Shown: positions 35,641 to 45,650, counted from the first letter of the whole stretch. The stretch is 63,166 nt of DNA, filler included, from Perkinsus chesapeaki ATCC PRA-425 (GCA_013115145.1; 11 parts of 11 records of this genome joined end to end with filler, not necessarily neighbours in it); one strand, 5' to 3'. Notes: generated from the sequence alone by a model not told the origin. Program-made: numbers and translations.

Positions 35641-38600
35641 CTACTGCACGACTCCTAGAGAATGTAGACGCGCCTTCGAGTCGGCCGTAGGATAACCACT
35701 CGTCGAAATGCTGACCTTGCAGATAACCTCGTCCAGCTTGACTTCTCTGATCTCCTGATCTTCTCTGACATCAGTGACAGGTAGACGCCATAGGGGTAGA
35801 AAGACAGTACCTCGATCTCCTCCATCTAACACATGAACTCGTAACGGAGAACCGTTCGAAGAAGGGGAAAGAATACGGCCTATCATAACCAGTCCTTTAT
35901 TGTCCATCCTGTACAACACACAGTCATCGGCTTTATACTCGGCATCTATCGCAGAGAGAAGATGAAGTGGGCGACCATCATCCACCGGCTGTAATTCATT
36001 CACCGGGGCCTTCAATCCTGAGGATAGTTCAACAGAAGTCGGTCGGCCATTCACCTCACAGCGATACACTGCCTTGATGGAATCACGAACACCTTGGTGC
36101 AATACCTCAGTGCCGACGGCAATGTGTTCATCAGCTTGGGAGCCCGCCGAGTTAGCTGCCATACGAGATGCCATATTATAATGCGCCTTGAGGTCCTGCT
36201 GAGCTCCACGAACCTCGGCGGAATAAACAGCACTCTTACATATAGCTTCCACCACAATAGCGTCAGGAGAATCCAACCCATCTGCCGTAACATTAGAATC
36301 GGCCAATAGGGGCGTATTCGGACCCACACCATAGACGCTGTGGTGAACAGATAGACCATCTTCATCAATAGCCAAGTTAATCTTCGACTCCGCTGCTGCC
36401 AAATAAATACGCATATGCTCTTCAGAATCGCCATCACCGCTATCGATCAACCAATCGAACACTGCCGAGATAGACTGGTGCGCTCGTTCCACTCGGGAAT
36501 TCCCCGTGGGATTACGAGCCGTACTACACTTTGTTCTGAAGGCAAACATAGCGCTCAGATGTTGTACCACTTGACCGACGAAAGCCGCTCCTCTATCACT
36601 ACACAATAGATCAAAAGTGCCATGTCGGCTGATGATACGGCAAAAGAGAAAACGACCAACGAATCTCGCATCCTGCCCTGGCAAAAGATCGAAACAAACT
36701 TCTCCAGTTCCCAAGTCTATGACAGAGATAACGCACGCAGTAGAGGACAACTTCATACGCTCTACCAAGACTGGCGGGATGCACTTGTGGTCTATTGATA
36801 TAACACTGAACCTCCGGTGAGTAGATGGTAGCTTGCCTACTGCCTTCCGAAAGGTCTTCGGTCGACAAACAGGACACCGAGCACGATGGTCTCGAACATC
36901 CCTACTTACTGAGGGCCACCAAGCACACCGCAAGACAGAGTTAAGAAGGGGGGTAGTAGAATTGTGCACACCTACAAGAGTATCATGTAGTAGATACAAA
37001 ATACTACTTCTCAGATCATACTTGTCGTAACGATCCTCTAATAGGTTTACCGGACAACACTCAGGGACCACTATGACAGGACCCAATTTGAGTTTAGAAC
37101 CATCACGGATAATAGGGATCGTGTACAACAACTGAATGCCATCCTCGGAACGAAGGAAGAAGAAACGTTCCCTCTCCCACTTACGGATCCTCGTAAGAGC
37201 TATAGGAGGTAACTGAGAACTATCACCACCAGATAAGACCAAGATTATATCGGCCAACCTGACACCTTGGAATACGCTGGAATCCTTAACCTGAGCCTCT
37301 TTCACCAAAGCTTTCTGCTCCGGAGTGAGTGGGAGTTGTGGTACATCTTCCAGTAGGGATTCCGCGCTGGCCTCCGAGTATACCGATTGTAGGTCTTCTT
37401 CATCAGTGGATTGTCCTTCCTCAGAATGATGGATACTAGGCGGCTCGGGGTCGCTCTCGACAATCATCATTGCGGGAGCGGCTCCCCCATAATCGGCTTT
37501 ATCAGTAGTTAGACTCTCGCTGCTCTGCCGTGCTGACTTAGCCAATGCAGTGGCCCATCGACTGAGTAGGTCAGCAAGGTCATTACTGATGCCCTTGCAG
37601 TGTCGAAAGATCATCGGCAAGTGTCTCCACTCACCAACATCCTCACACCACGATAGAAACCTTTTCACCTTAGGACTGGCCAAAGGACAGCCCGGGATCT
37701 CATAAGTAGACCATCGGTGTAGGCATATCATAGAGTCAGTCATCACCAGGATCTTCGCCTTATCGTCGAAGTCAGACGCAAGGCCTGGACACGAGATTGG
37801 TCGAGTGGTTGATACCAGTAGACGGTACCAAGTCTGTACAGCATGTAGGACTGAGAAAACTTCCTTCTCATATATTTGCCAACGGAGTTCGTGCTGTGAC
37901 AGTACCTTACTAGTAACACTGACCAGTGATGATCTCGACGCATCTTGTAGGATATCAGGAGTGATGGCTTTGGCCTGACCTGTCACTCTGTAAAGGCCGG
38001 CTCCACATGCAACATCACTCGCATCTGCAACTATAACCCAGCACCGGGTTTCGCCATCTACCAAATCACGGTAGCTGTGTAGCGCCATTGGTGCCAGAGT
38101 GACCGCCTCAGACAGCTTGACCAAAGCTTGCTTAGCTTCCTCGCTGAAGTGGAAGGGTTTGGTACATTCCGTTTGATGTAGGGTCTTCATTATTGTGGCA
38201 TAATCACAAAAACGTTCTAGCTTTCTGAACGCAGTAGACGCATATTTGATGCTACCAATAACCCTTCTCAGGTGAGGTGCGCTCGAGGGATTTGCACTCA
38301 AGGCACGACGCAGTTTGGCCTCATTGTGCTCGGTCATGACTACACCACCCTGACTCCATCGGAATCCGATACAGTCCGCGTACTCACGTACCTCGGCCGG
38401 GACCTTAGAGCTTATTTGCTTATCTAGCGCCCACAGGGCGCAGCAAATTAAGCGTCTCCGATGTTCACAGAGTTCCCGAGTTGGTGCATATATCAATATA
38501 TCATCGACAAAAATTGCCGTGTACTCCAATACCTCAGGTCCCAGTATAGTGACCAAGCCATGACGTAGATGAAACCGCCAATATAGAGGGGATATACTAA

Positions 38601-39792
38601 GCCCTTGCAAAGCCACCAGCGACCGGTAGTAGGCATCACCAAGCCTTAGGCAGAGTAAGTTAGATGAGCGTTCGCTAACACGTATAGTGGAGAAAGCGTT
38701 AGAAACGTCAACGGTACAGAAGTACCGTGAAGTTTCTGGAACCTCTCTTAGAAACACTTCCTTGCTCTGGCCGTCGACCCGATAATAGTGTGGTATACAT
38801 ATGACCGAATTTAGTCGGCGTAGATCTATCAACAGTCTCACTTCTTCTCGATCAATGCCTCGGTCGTCGGTATACGTCCGGCCTTTGCTTTTGGGAAAGC
38901 AGGCGGACACCCACTGTTCTGGGCCCAACTTTGTTTGGACCCAGTTGCCCATCTCTAGCTCTTCATTCACCCGCTTCATAGTGCCAGGCCAGAGGCCTGA
39001 GGGTACGCCATAAGGCGCCGAGCATTGAAATGGACTTTTGGCCAATGCTTCTGGAATGCTAAAGTCGAGTACCGGGGCCTCATAGTTGATGTCTTTGAGG
39101 CCTGCTTTGAAGTCGGCTACTATCTCCGTGTCGCTCTTCAAGAGGATGTCCTCAACAGACTGTGGAATCAACGCACACGCCGGAGTAGAACCATCCCGTG
39201 ATCGACGTTGAAGGGGTGAAAGAGAAACTGAGATGCCATGTTGCGGGACCTCAAATCTCTTCTCTGCCAAATGTAGGTTGGCCCCCATTCGTTGCATTGA
39301 CCGGAATCCGATAATCATATCCATTTGTACGCATGTGGTCGCCATGTTGACCGAGAGTGCGTACAGATACATAGACTGCCCACCAATCTGGACATGTAGT
39401 CTCACCTTACAGTGAGGTCTGAATGTAGTGCCGCGAAAACCGGCAAGTTGAGGCAGATCTTCTTTGGCACAGTTCACCACATCGCATAGGCCACTCTGTG
39501 TAAGCCGATCATCAATCAAGTTGTACTCAGATAAGGTATCGACACCAACAATACAGGACCTCCTAGAAGTGTCCGGTGATATCAAGGTGGCGTCAATAGA
39601 TGATACTGTTAGGGCGTCCGAGGACTCAACTGATGGACTCACCATATAGGTGGGTATGACAGGCTCTTCTTTGTCGTCAGGTTTCTTCTGACTTGACTTA
39701 AGAGTGTACCAGCTTGGTCTCACCGTGCAGGAAGGGTTTTCCCAGCAATTGTCCGGGTTGTGCATAACCAATTTATTGCAGAACCGGCACAT
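35641..39792 (-). CDS. pol: Pol polyprotein (zinc knuckle, protease, RT, RNase H, integrase)
   Basis: CRFC..H….C knuckle, VDTLS protease motif, DVSNAF and FVDD RT motifs, DASD…YEKE…TDS…NDLADLLSR RNase H, H..H…CPVC, IDH / SDRGAAF / GNSRVERAH integrase. Confidence 0.95.
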   Translation of the reverse strand: MCRFCNKLVMHNPDNCWENPSCTVRPSWYTLKSSQKKPDDKEEPVIPTYMVSPSVESSDALTVSSIDATLISPDTSRRSCIVGVDTLSEYNLIDDRLTQSGLCDVVNCAKEDLPQLAGFRGTTFRPHCKVRLHVQIGGQSMYLYALSVNMATTCVQMDMIIGFRSMQRMGANLHLAEKRFEVPQHGISVSLSPLQRRSRDGSTPACALIPQSVEDILLKSDTEIVADFKAGLKDINYEAPVLDFSIPEALAKSPFQCSAPYGVPSGLWPGTMKRVNEELEMGNWVQTKLGPEQWVSACFPKSKGRTYTDDRGIDREEVRLLIDLRRLNSVICIPHYYRVDGQSKEVFLREVPETSRYFCTVDVSNAFSTIRVSERSSNLLCLRLGDAYYRSLVALQGLSISPLYWRFHLRHGLVTILGPEVLEYTAIFVDDILIYAPTRELCEHRRRLICCALWALDKQISSKVPAEVREYADCIGFRWSQGGVVMTEHNEAKLRRALSANPSSAPHLRRVIGSIKYASTAFRKLERFCDYATIMKTLHQTECTKPFHFSEEAKQALVKLSEAVTLAPMALHSYRDLVDGETRCWVIVADASDVACGAGLYRVTGQAKAITPDILQDASRSSLVSVTSKVLSQHELRWQIYEKEVFSVLHAVQTWYRLLVSTTRPISCPGLASDFDDKAKILVMTDSMICLHRWSTYEIPGCPLASPKVKRFLSWCEDVGEWRHLPMIFRHCKGISNDLADLLSRWATALAKSARQSSESLTTDKADYGGAAPAMMIVESDPEPPSIHHSEEGQSTDEEDLQSVYSEASAESLLEDVPQLPLTPEQKALVKEAQVKDSSVFQGVRLADIILVLSGGDSSQLPPIALTRIRKWERERFFFLRSEDGIQLLYTIPIIRDGSKLKLGPVIVVPECCPVNLLEDRYDKYDLRSSILYLLHDTLVGVHNSTTPLLNSVLRCAWWPSVSRDVRDHRARCPVCRPKTFRKAVGKLPSTHRRFSVISIDHKCIPPVLVERMKLSSTACVISVIDLGTGEVCFDLLPGQDARFVGRFLFCRIISRHGTFDLLCSDRGAAFVGQVVQHLSAMFAFRTKCSTARNPTGNSRVERAHQSISAVFDWLIDSGDGDSEEHMRIYLAAAESKINLAIDEDGLSVHHSVYGVGPNTPLLADSNVTADGLDSPDAIVVEAICKSAVYSAEVRGAQQDLKAHYNMASRMAANSAGSQADEHIAVGTEVLHQGVRDSIKAVYRCEVNGRPTSVELSSGLKAPVNELQPVDDGRPLHLLSAIDAEYKADDCVLYRMDNKGLVMIGRILSPSSNGSPLRVHVLDGGDRGTVFLPLWRLPVTDVREDQEIREVKLDEVICKVSISTSGYPTADSKARLHSLGVVQ

Positions 39793-41258
39793 ACTGGGCT
39801 CCTTCTTAGCAACCTTGGGGTTGTTGGCCTGCCCTGACGCTTTAGTAGGTAAGGTAGGCCCCCCATTGGACTGGGGCGTGACAGAGGCTTAGGTCCTTGT
39901 AGAGAACGATGACGAGAGTTGTAGGATTGAGAAGGCTTGTGGTTGTTGCTGTTGTTGTTAGCACTGCTGTCCGCCTTCTGGGGTCCTTTACCAGTAAAGA
40001 TAGAGGTGGCTCCAATGTATCCCTCCGAAGACGTTATCTCGCGAGGCTGCCGCTGCTTAGGGTCCTCCCAAGGGAGGGTAGTGTTCATCTCTTCCTCGAC
40101 AATAAGCAGGCGCTGTACAAGGTCACTGTGGGTAAGGGTTTCCACCTTGACCCGTTCCCGCTTGATACGCTTGGAGAGCTCATTCTTGACATCTTGATGA
40201 ATAGAGCGAGCAATCTGCAATATTCTATCATACTCCGAGGGAGGGGAAAGATTCTTGAACTCAAAGCACATCTCCATCCTCTGCCAGGCCTCATCTTCTC
40301 GACGGAAGTACTCCGATATGGGCTCGTGCTTCCTCTGTGATAGAGAAAGCCAGAGCTGCTTTGCTTGGAGATGACCATGAGAACCTATCTTGAATTTGGC
40401 CCAGGCCAAGGTTAACGTCTTAAGTAACCATGACCAATCACCACCAAGCACTAGGTCACAACCAGGTAGTTCAGCATAGTCGGTCTTGTAGGGGATCGAC
40501 GGTCTCGTTATCATAGGACTTTTTCTGGAAGTGATCTCTGTCGTTATAGCACCTAGAGCGCTCACATCCCTGCAGCATAATGCCTTAAGTAGGATAGCTT
40601 CAGTGATTCTTCTGAGGCTTTCATCGCCATTATTGGAGACTTCACATACTAATAAGGCTGTGATGCAGGGTATATTGAGCTTGAAGGTAACCTCAAGGGA
40701 CTCGACAGCACCTTGAAGGGCGAGGGCAAAATCTTCCTCGCTACCCTTAGCCCTCATAAGAGCAAAAGGGTTATCGTTGGCCTCCGACAACTCGGCGTGC
40801 AACTCGGGGATAGATGTGGCCCAAAATCTGTCATATAGATGAGTAGGTACATCCACCCGAGAGTAGAGGAAAAGCGTCGGATGGGATCTCGTAGGAACCC
40901 CCGTACGCTGTAGGCTTGTTCTTACCAAAGCTGTGGCACTAGTACCGGCATCAAAGTTGTTGTTGCTGGTCTGATGTCCAGACATGGAGTTATATCCATT
41001 ATCGTCTGGCTCACAGTTGTCATTGTTGCGAAGAGATAATGTTCCACGCTGACAACGTGAGTGGATATGCCTAGCCAGGGCAAGGACCCTAGGGTCGTCA
41101 GGGCTCTCAGCGGCAGATATTCCGCTGAAGAACGACTCGGTATCGCTCAGGAAAGATTTGAGAGCTTCCAACTCGTCATCCGGATCTTTTGGAGTAACGT
41201 GTTGACCTTGCTTTTGCTCTAATCCTGTAGCATCACCCTGACTCTCAACACGGCTCAT
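39720..41258 (-). CDS. gag: Gag-like ORF (first ATG at 41258, inside the 5' LTR)
   Basis: About 510-aa ORF upstream of and overlapping pol. Contains the capsid-like Q.K.EPISEYFRR motif. Confidence 0.85.
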   Translation of the reverse strand: MSRVESQGDATGLEQKQGQHVTPKDPDDELEALKSFLSDTESFFSGISAAESPDDPRVLALARHIHSRCQRGTLSLRNNDNCEPDDNGYNSMSGHQTSNNNFDAGTSATALVRTSLQRTGVPTRSHPTLFLYSRVDVPTHLYDRFWATSIPELHAELSEANDNPFALMRAKGSEEDFALALQGAVESLEVTFKLNIPCITALLVCEVSNNGDESLRRITEAILLKALCCRDVSALGAITTEITSRKSPMITRPSIPYKTDYAELPGCDLVLGGDWSWLLKTLTLAWAKFKIGSHGHLQAKQLWLSLSQRKHEPISEYFRREDEAWQRMEMCFEFKNLSPPSEYDRILQIARSIHQDVKNELSKRIKRERVKVETLTHSDLVQRLLIVEEEMNTTLPWEDPKQRQPREITSSEGYIGATSIFTGKGPQKADSSANNNSNNHKPSQSYNSRHRSLQGPKPLSRPSPMGGLPYLLKRQGRPTTPRLLRRSPVCAGSAINWLCTTRTIAGKTLPAR

Positions 41259-41483
41259 ATTACCCAAGTAGAATGCAGGTAGTTATAGATATAATAGTAA
41301 TACCTTGATGGCACCCGTAGAGGGCAATTAGAGCAAATGGGAAAGGCTACAAACAATACAATGCAGTGTGAATCATCCCATCAATACGATATACAATCAT
41401 CATCATCATCTATCTTGAAACTGCGCTTCTTCGTGCAGTTGTAGGAAATCGGCGGAGCGTAGTAGAGGTGTGATTCTGCCACA
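41226..41483 (-). repeat. 5' LTR (258 bp)
   Basis: Differs from the 3' LTR by one substitution (GAGTC/GAATC) and one extra CAT unit. Confidence 0.97.
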
Positions 41484-41520
41484 CATGTGTGGGATTCGAA
41501 CCCACGCCCTTAAACTAGCC
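41484..41520 (-). pseudogene. tRNA-like 3' fragment (T-arm/B-box; Ser/Leu-like), split by the retrotransposon
   Basis: The minus strand reads GGCGTGGGTTCGAATCCCAC-ACATG, a perfect 5-bp T-stem plus TTCGAAT loop. It continues as TCG on the other side of the element. No complete cloverleaf is present. Confidence 0.6.
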
Positions 41521-41965
41521 ATTTTCGATTGATTCATTCACTTGCTGAACTTTGGTGCCCCGTTAGATTTGCGGGTTTGGAAGATACAATGAGTATTGAA
41601 AGTGTTACAGTCTATTCTAGACCAGTCTCTCGGCATTCGCTCAATTGCCGACGGTCCCAGGTTGCCTCCACCGAATCGTTTGGCGCCAGGTTTAAAGAAT
41701 TTAGAAGCTCGGGGAGTGATTTCGTCGGAATATGAAATCATATCCAATCAAGATGATAATTATATCTATATACGCCGTCATGGCAACCTCGCGATATGGT
41801 CGTGATGACCATTTGGGTGCCCACCGCAACGGAAAGCAGTGACACTTTCCATCTAGGCCTGCCTTCAGTGAATATTATTAACTCCCTTAATAAGTATCGT
41901 CTTTCTCTCAGTTGATATTTTGTTATAGTGTATCCTTGTACCATTAAAGGATAATCAACTTTGAA

Positions 41966-44810
41966 ATGGGATGTGCTTCCTCAAAAGTGCTAACTTTAGA
42001 CCAGGGGGACGGTCCAACTCTGATAAAGAGGAATCTGGCCAACAACAACACCGCGGCGGCAGCAGCAACGGCAACCCCTGTGTCTACGAAGGACGGAAGC
42101 GAAATCGCTGGTAGGCGGCGATATAGTGGTGGAAGCAGTAGTACGGGACAGCTAAATAATACTAAAGACTACGCTGACTCAAATAGGTAATAGATTGAGG
42201 GAGGTGATGATAGTGGTATTAATCTTTGTGCACCTGCAATGTCGAGTAGTATAACACTGTTGTATGATGGTAATATATCTGCTAACTAGTGATATAGGAC
42301 TATACGGTGTTATATCATTTATTCAATGCAGAGACTACCGGCTACATTAATTTATTGTACCCCGGTGCTGGACAATAGTATTTCTATCATGTCTCCAGTG
42401 GAGATTCTCATCACCGTATATTTCCTATTATATCTCCACTGTATATTTCCTATTATATCTCCACTGTACATTTCCTATTATATCTCCACTGTATATTTCC
42501 TATTATATCTCCACTGTACATTTCCTATTATATCTCCACTGTACATTTCCTATTATGTCTCCACTGTACNNNNNNNNNNNNNNNNNNNNNNNNNNNNNNN
42601 NNNNNNNNNNNNNNNNNNNNNNNNNNNNNNNNNNNNNNNNNNNNNNNNNNNNNNNNNNNNNNNNNNTACATTTCCTATTATGTCTCCACTGTACATTTCC
42701 TATTATGTCTCCACCTTAGTAACAGTTCCACGGGTTTGTTCAAGTATCTGATAGTTGTTGTGTATTATATCAGCCACGGTTCTCCTCAAGGACGTCGTCG
42801 TCGTCATCATTTTGAATCGATGACTGAGGACCAACTTATACATAAAGGAATTGCCTGTGTAAGCTGCTACCGCTGTTTAACTATCGTCGATCACGGTCCA
42901 CAGGTGCAAGAGGCTTCAGTTACAAAGGATAAGTTTAGACGGGAAAGGCAGCTTAAAAAGGCGAAAGGGTTGCTGATGGAAGCATTACAGCGGCAACAAG
43001 GCCGCGATAGGCCAGTGGTAATAATGATAATGTTGGATGGTTCCGGACTGGGTCAAATTAGTACTACAGCAGCACTACAGTGTATTTCGCTGGGTGCTAA
43101 AGTGTACTATGGTATAATAGTATTTCATTTTCAATCACCTAGTAACAATCTTACGAAGCGATTCACAGTGATAGTGTGTTTACGAGCACTAGCAAGCACT
43201 CCTTGAGAGACGCGTAACGATGAATATTCCATACACAGTTTTGAGACACCTTTTAATGCCGCTTCTTCTGTTTTCCGAGGAACTATGGGGATGGTTCTGA
43301 ATGACTATAACTATGGGTACGGTATAATGCAGAAGGGGACAGCAATGGCTTCTCAAATGTGCTGGGAATAAGCTCATAGCCAAGTTGATGAATTCCAGAG
43401 TCTACGAGATGGGGCTTTATCGCATTCCGGAGAGGGGCTGGCGGATATCCAAGTTGGCTTATGTCAGAGTGGTAATGAGAAACCTCGCGAAGGTGACGCG
43501 GTGACGGTTCATCTAGCGGCAGTGTTGTTGTCGTTGGGAGAGGATCCGGATGATGTAATATGGCATATCGCTAGTTAAAGAAGTGTTGTTAGGTTCGAAG
43601 AATGCTGGGAATGAGCACTCCTAGGAAGTCTCCGTCTACCCTGCAAACTATGAGTACGGTGGACAGCGCCGCCAGTTACACTGCAACGGCGGCGGCGGTA
43701 AGGGGACAGTTTTTGTGTTACTTTATCGATACGTGTTTAGAGTCCGGATCTACGTTCAAGCCCTGGGACGCCTGATGTGTTCCGACATAGGCAGCAGCAG
43801 CAGCAGCAACTTGCTGCTGCTGCACGCCAAGTGGTATACCTTTTCCGCCCTGCATTGTTGTGAACGCGGTGGGTTTAGGTATCAGTGCAGTTGCTGGATG
43901 AGGATGGACAGCTGGAGTCAGCAACAACACGGGACGTACACAATACTCAGAATGTAGGAGGGTTAAGTTGTCGTAGAGAACACATCCGATGTTCTGGAAC
44001 GTACTTTATATCCGTGCTAGTATTGTTGTCGATCGACGGGCTTGGGGAGCACGTCGGGGAGGCGGGAGGATATACAACTTTTGCGCCGTATCAACCCGAC
44101 ACCCAGTGGCGTTTGGAGCTGTCCGCGGTTTACTGATTGTGTAGTGGTCGGAATCATGATGATGAAGACGGGAGGAATCTTCCTCTTAAGAGTTGTTGAT
44201 GAGTATATGCTGTGAAGTTTTGGATCTAACAATAGTTAATATATGGATAGTATTATCATAGATGCTTAGGATAGTGTTCATTGATCGTTATAAATGTTAT
44301 ATCGATATAATAGGTATTCTTTCTATCAGGCGGGCCCTGGTCGAATAGCGGCAGTTCGCAGTGAAGTATCGTATGAGCCAGAGGAGCCCCCACAGTCCTC
44401 TCCACCATTGCCGAACTGCGCACCCTCGGATGTGCTCTTGAAGTATCACGCGTTTATGCAGGTAAGCCTTAGCGGAGCGAAGCGATTTTCGAAATGCATT
44501 TTCACAGAACTGTCCATCTCCGGCTGCATTTTCCCCGGCTCCGTCACGGTATGGCAGTGAAAGCGAGTCCTTGCAGATTTGGGTGAGTTGCCTGGGAATC
44601 GAACCTGTGCGGGCCGATGGTATGTGGGTTTTTAGGTTGATCAGCGACGTGGGGCGGGAAGTAGAAGGGACGATAGCGCTGTGGGAACGCCGTGTGGTTG
44701 GTATGCTGATGAAGATGAAAGTGAAGTGCTGCCGATGGACGAATCAGCATCAGTTATTGAGTTTGATCCGGACAATGATGAGCCGCTCTCGGATGAGGTG
44801 AGCTGAAGGA
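41966..44810 (+). CDS. Hypothetical multi-exon protein with an N-terminal MGC acylation motif
   Basis: MGCASSK start. Many short GT-AG introns link open exons (e.g. parts of 42736-43206 and 44294-44560). The 3' end is approximate. Confidence 0.5.
42416..42714. repeat. 25-bp minisatellite (GTAYATTTCCTATTATRTCTCCACT)n, intronic, spanning a gap
   Basis: Six full units before the N gap and two after it. Confidence 0.95.
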
Positions 44811-44893
44811 ATCCATGAATCTCCTCGTCGGCAACTGGTTGGTTTCTTTTTCAATAGTAACATGTTCTATTTCGAATATATACTGTATAGATA

Positions 44894-45129
44894 CTGGGTG
44901 CCCTCGGGACACTGTCCGGGAAAATGTATAAATTTTAATCAATCAGACGGTAAAGTCGACGAGCTCTTCAATTATAACGGTTTTTTTAATTTCGAGATGA
45001 GCATTTCTCGCCAACGCTGTTACTGTTTAGAAAGCGGCCCTCGAGAGCTTTCAAACGCCACAAGTGTTGACAAAATATTCGCCCTCCAGAAAAGGTTATT
45101 CAAACAAGCACACTTCTTGGGACACCCTG
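44894..45129. mobile_element. Probable Tc1/mariner-type MITE with TA TSD
   Basis: TA|CTGGGTGCCC … GGGACACCCTG|TA, imperfect CAGGGTG-type TIRs. The interior is AT-rich with a GAAAGC…GCTTTC inverted pair. Confidence 0.5.
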
Positions 45130-45650
45130 TATAAATAATAAGGAAGCACAATGTGACGTAAAACAGTATATGTAGAATGTTACTGTGCCTTAAGTCTTCG
45201 AAGTAGGGATGCGGTCAGGGTTTGGAAAGTTACATTTACGTCTGGTTTGGCATGAACGTTTCAATAACTTGAGTTTTGCGGTTTTTCTATCAGAAATGCG
45301 ACGAATTGTTATCGGAGATCGTCAGTCAAGCCGGCAGCTCAATAGGTCACTCTCCGGCCTCCTCTGTCGGTAGGACGATTTCCACTTGCGCATACGTGCA
45401 TATTACCGCTCCTCCCTTTTAGGTTCTGATTGGCAAAGCGCTGATTTCGATCCGCTGCTGTTAGATAACCGTGATAAGTCTTTATCAGTTTACCTACACT
45501 GTGGAATTACTGGAGAGCTATTGTCGAGGTAGGCGACCAGACGGAGCGCAGCCAACGGGCTTTCATCCCAAGGCAGAGGCTTGAGCCGAACACCGTCATG
45601 GTCCGAGTCCCAGGGTAGAAGCAATACTTATACTAGAATCTATATTTCAC

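Larger units (their letters stand above)
35328..41483 (-). mobile_element. Complete Ty3/gypsy LTR retrotransposon (~6.16 kb) with 4-bp TSD CATG
   Basis: Two LTRs, TG…CA termini, CATG at 35324-35327 and 41484-41487, and gag + PR-RT-RH-IN in gypsy order. Confidence 0.97.

Noticed and set aside
41484-41510. tRNA-like sequence as the element's primer-binding site
   Set aside because: It lies outside the 5' LTR, beyond the TSD, so it is target DNA and not a PBS.
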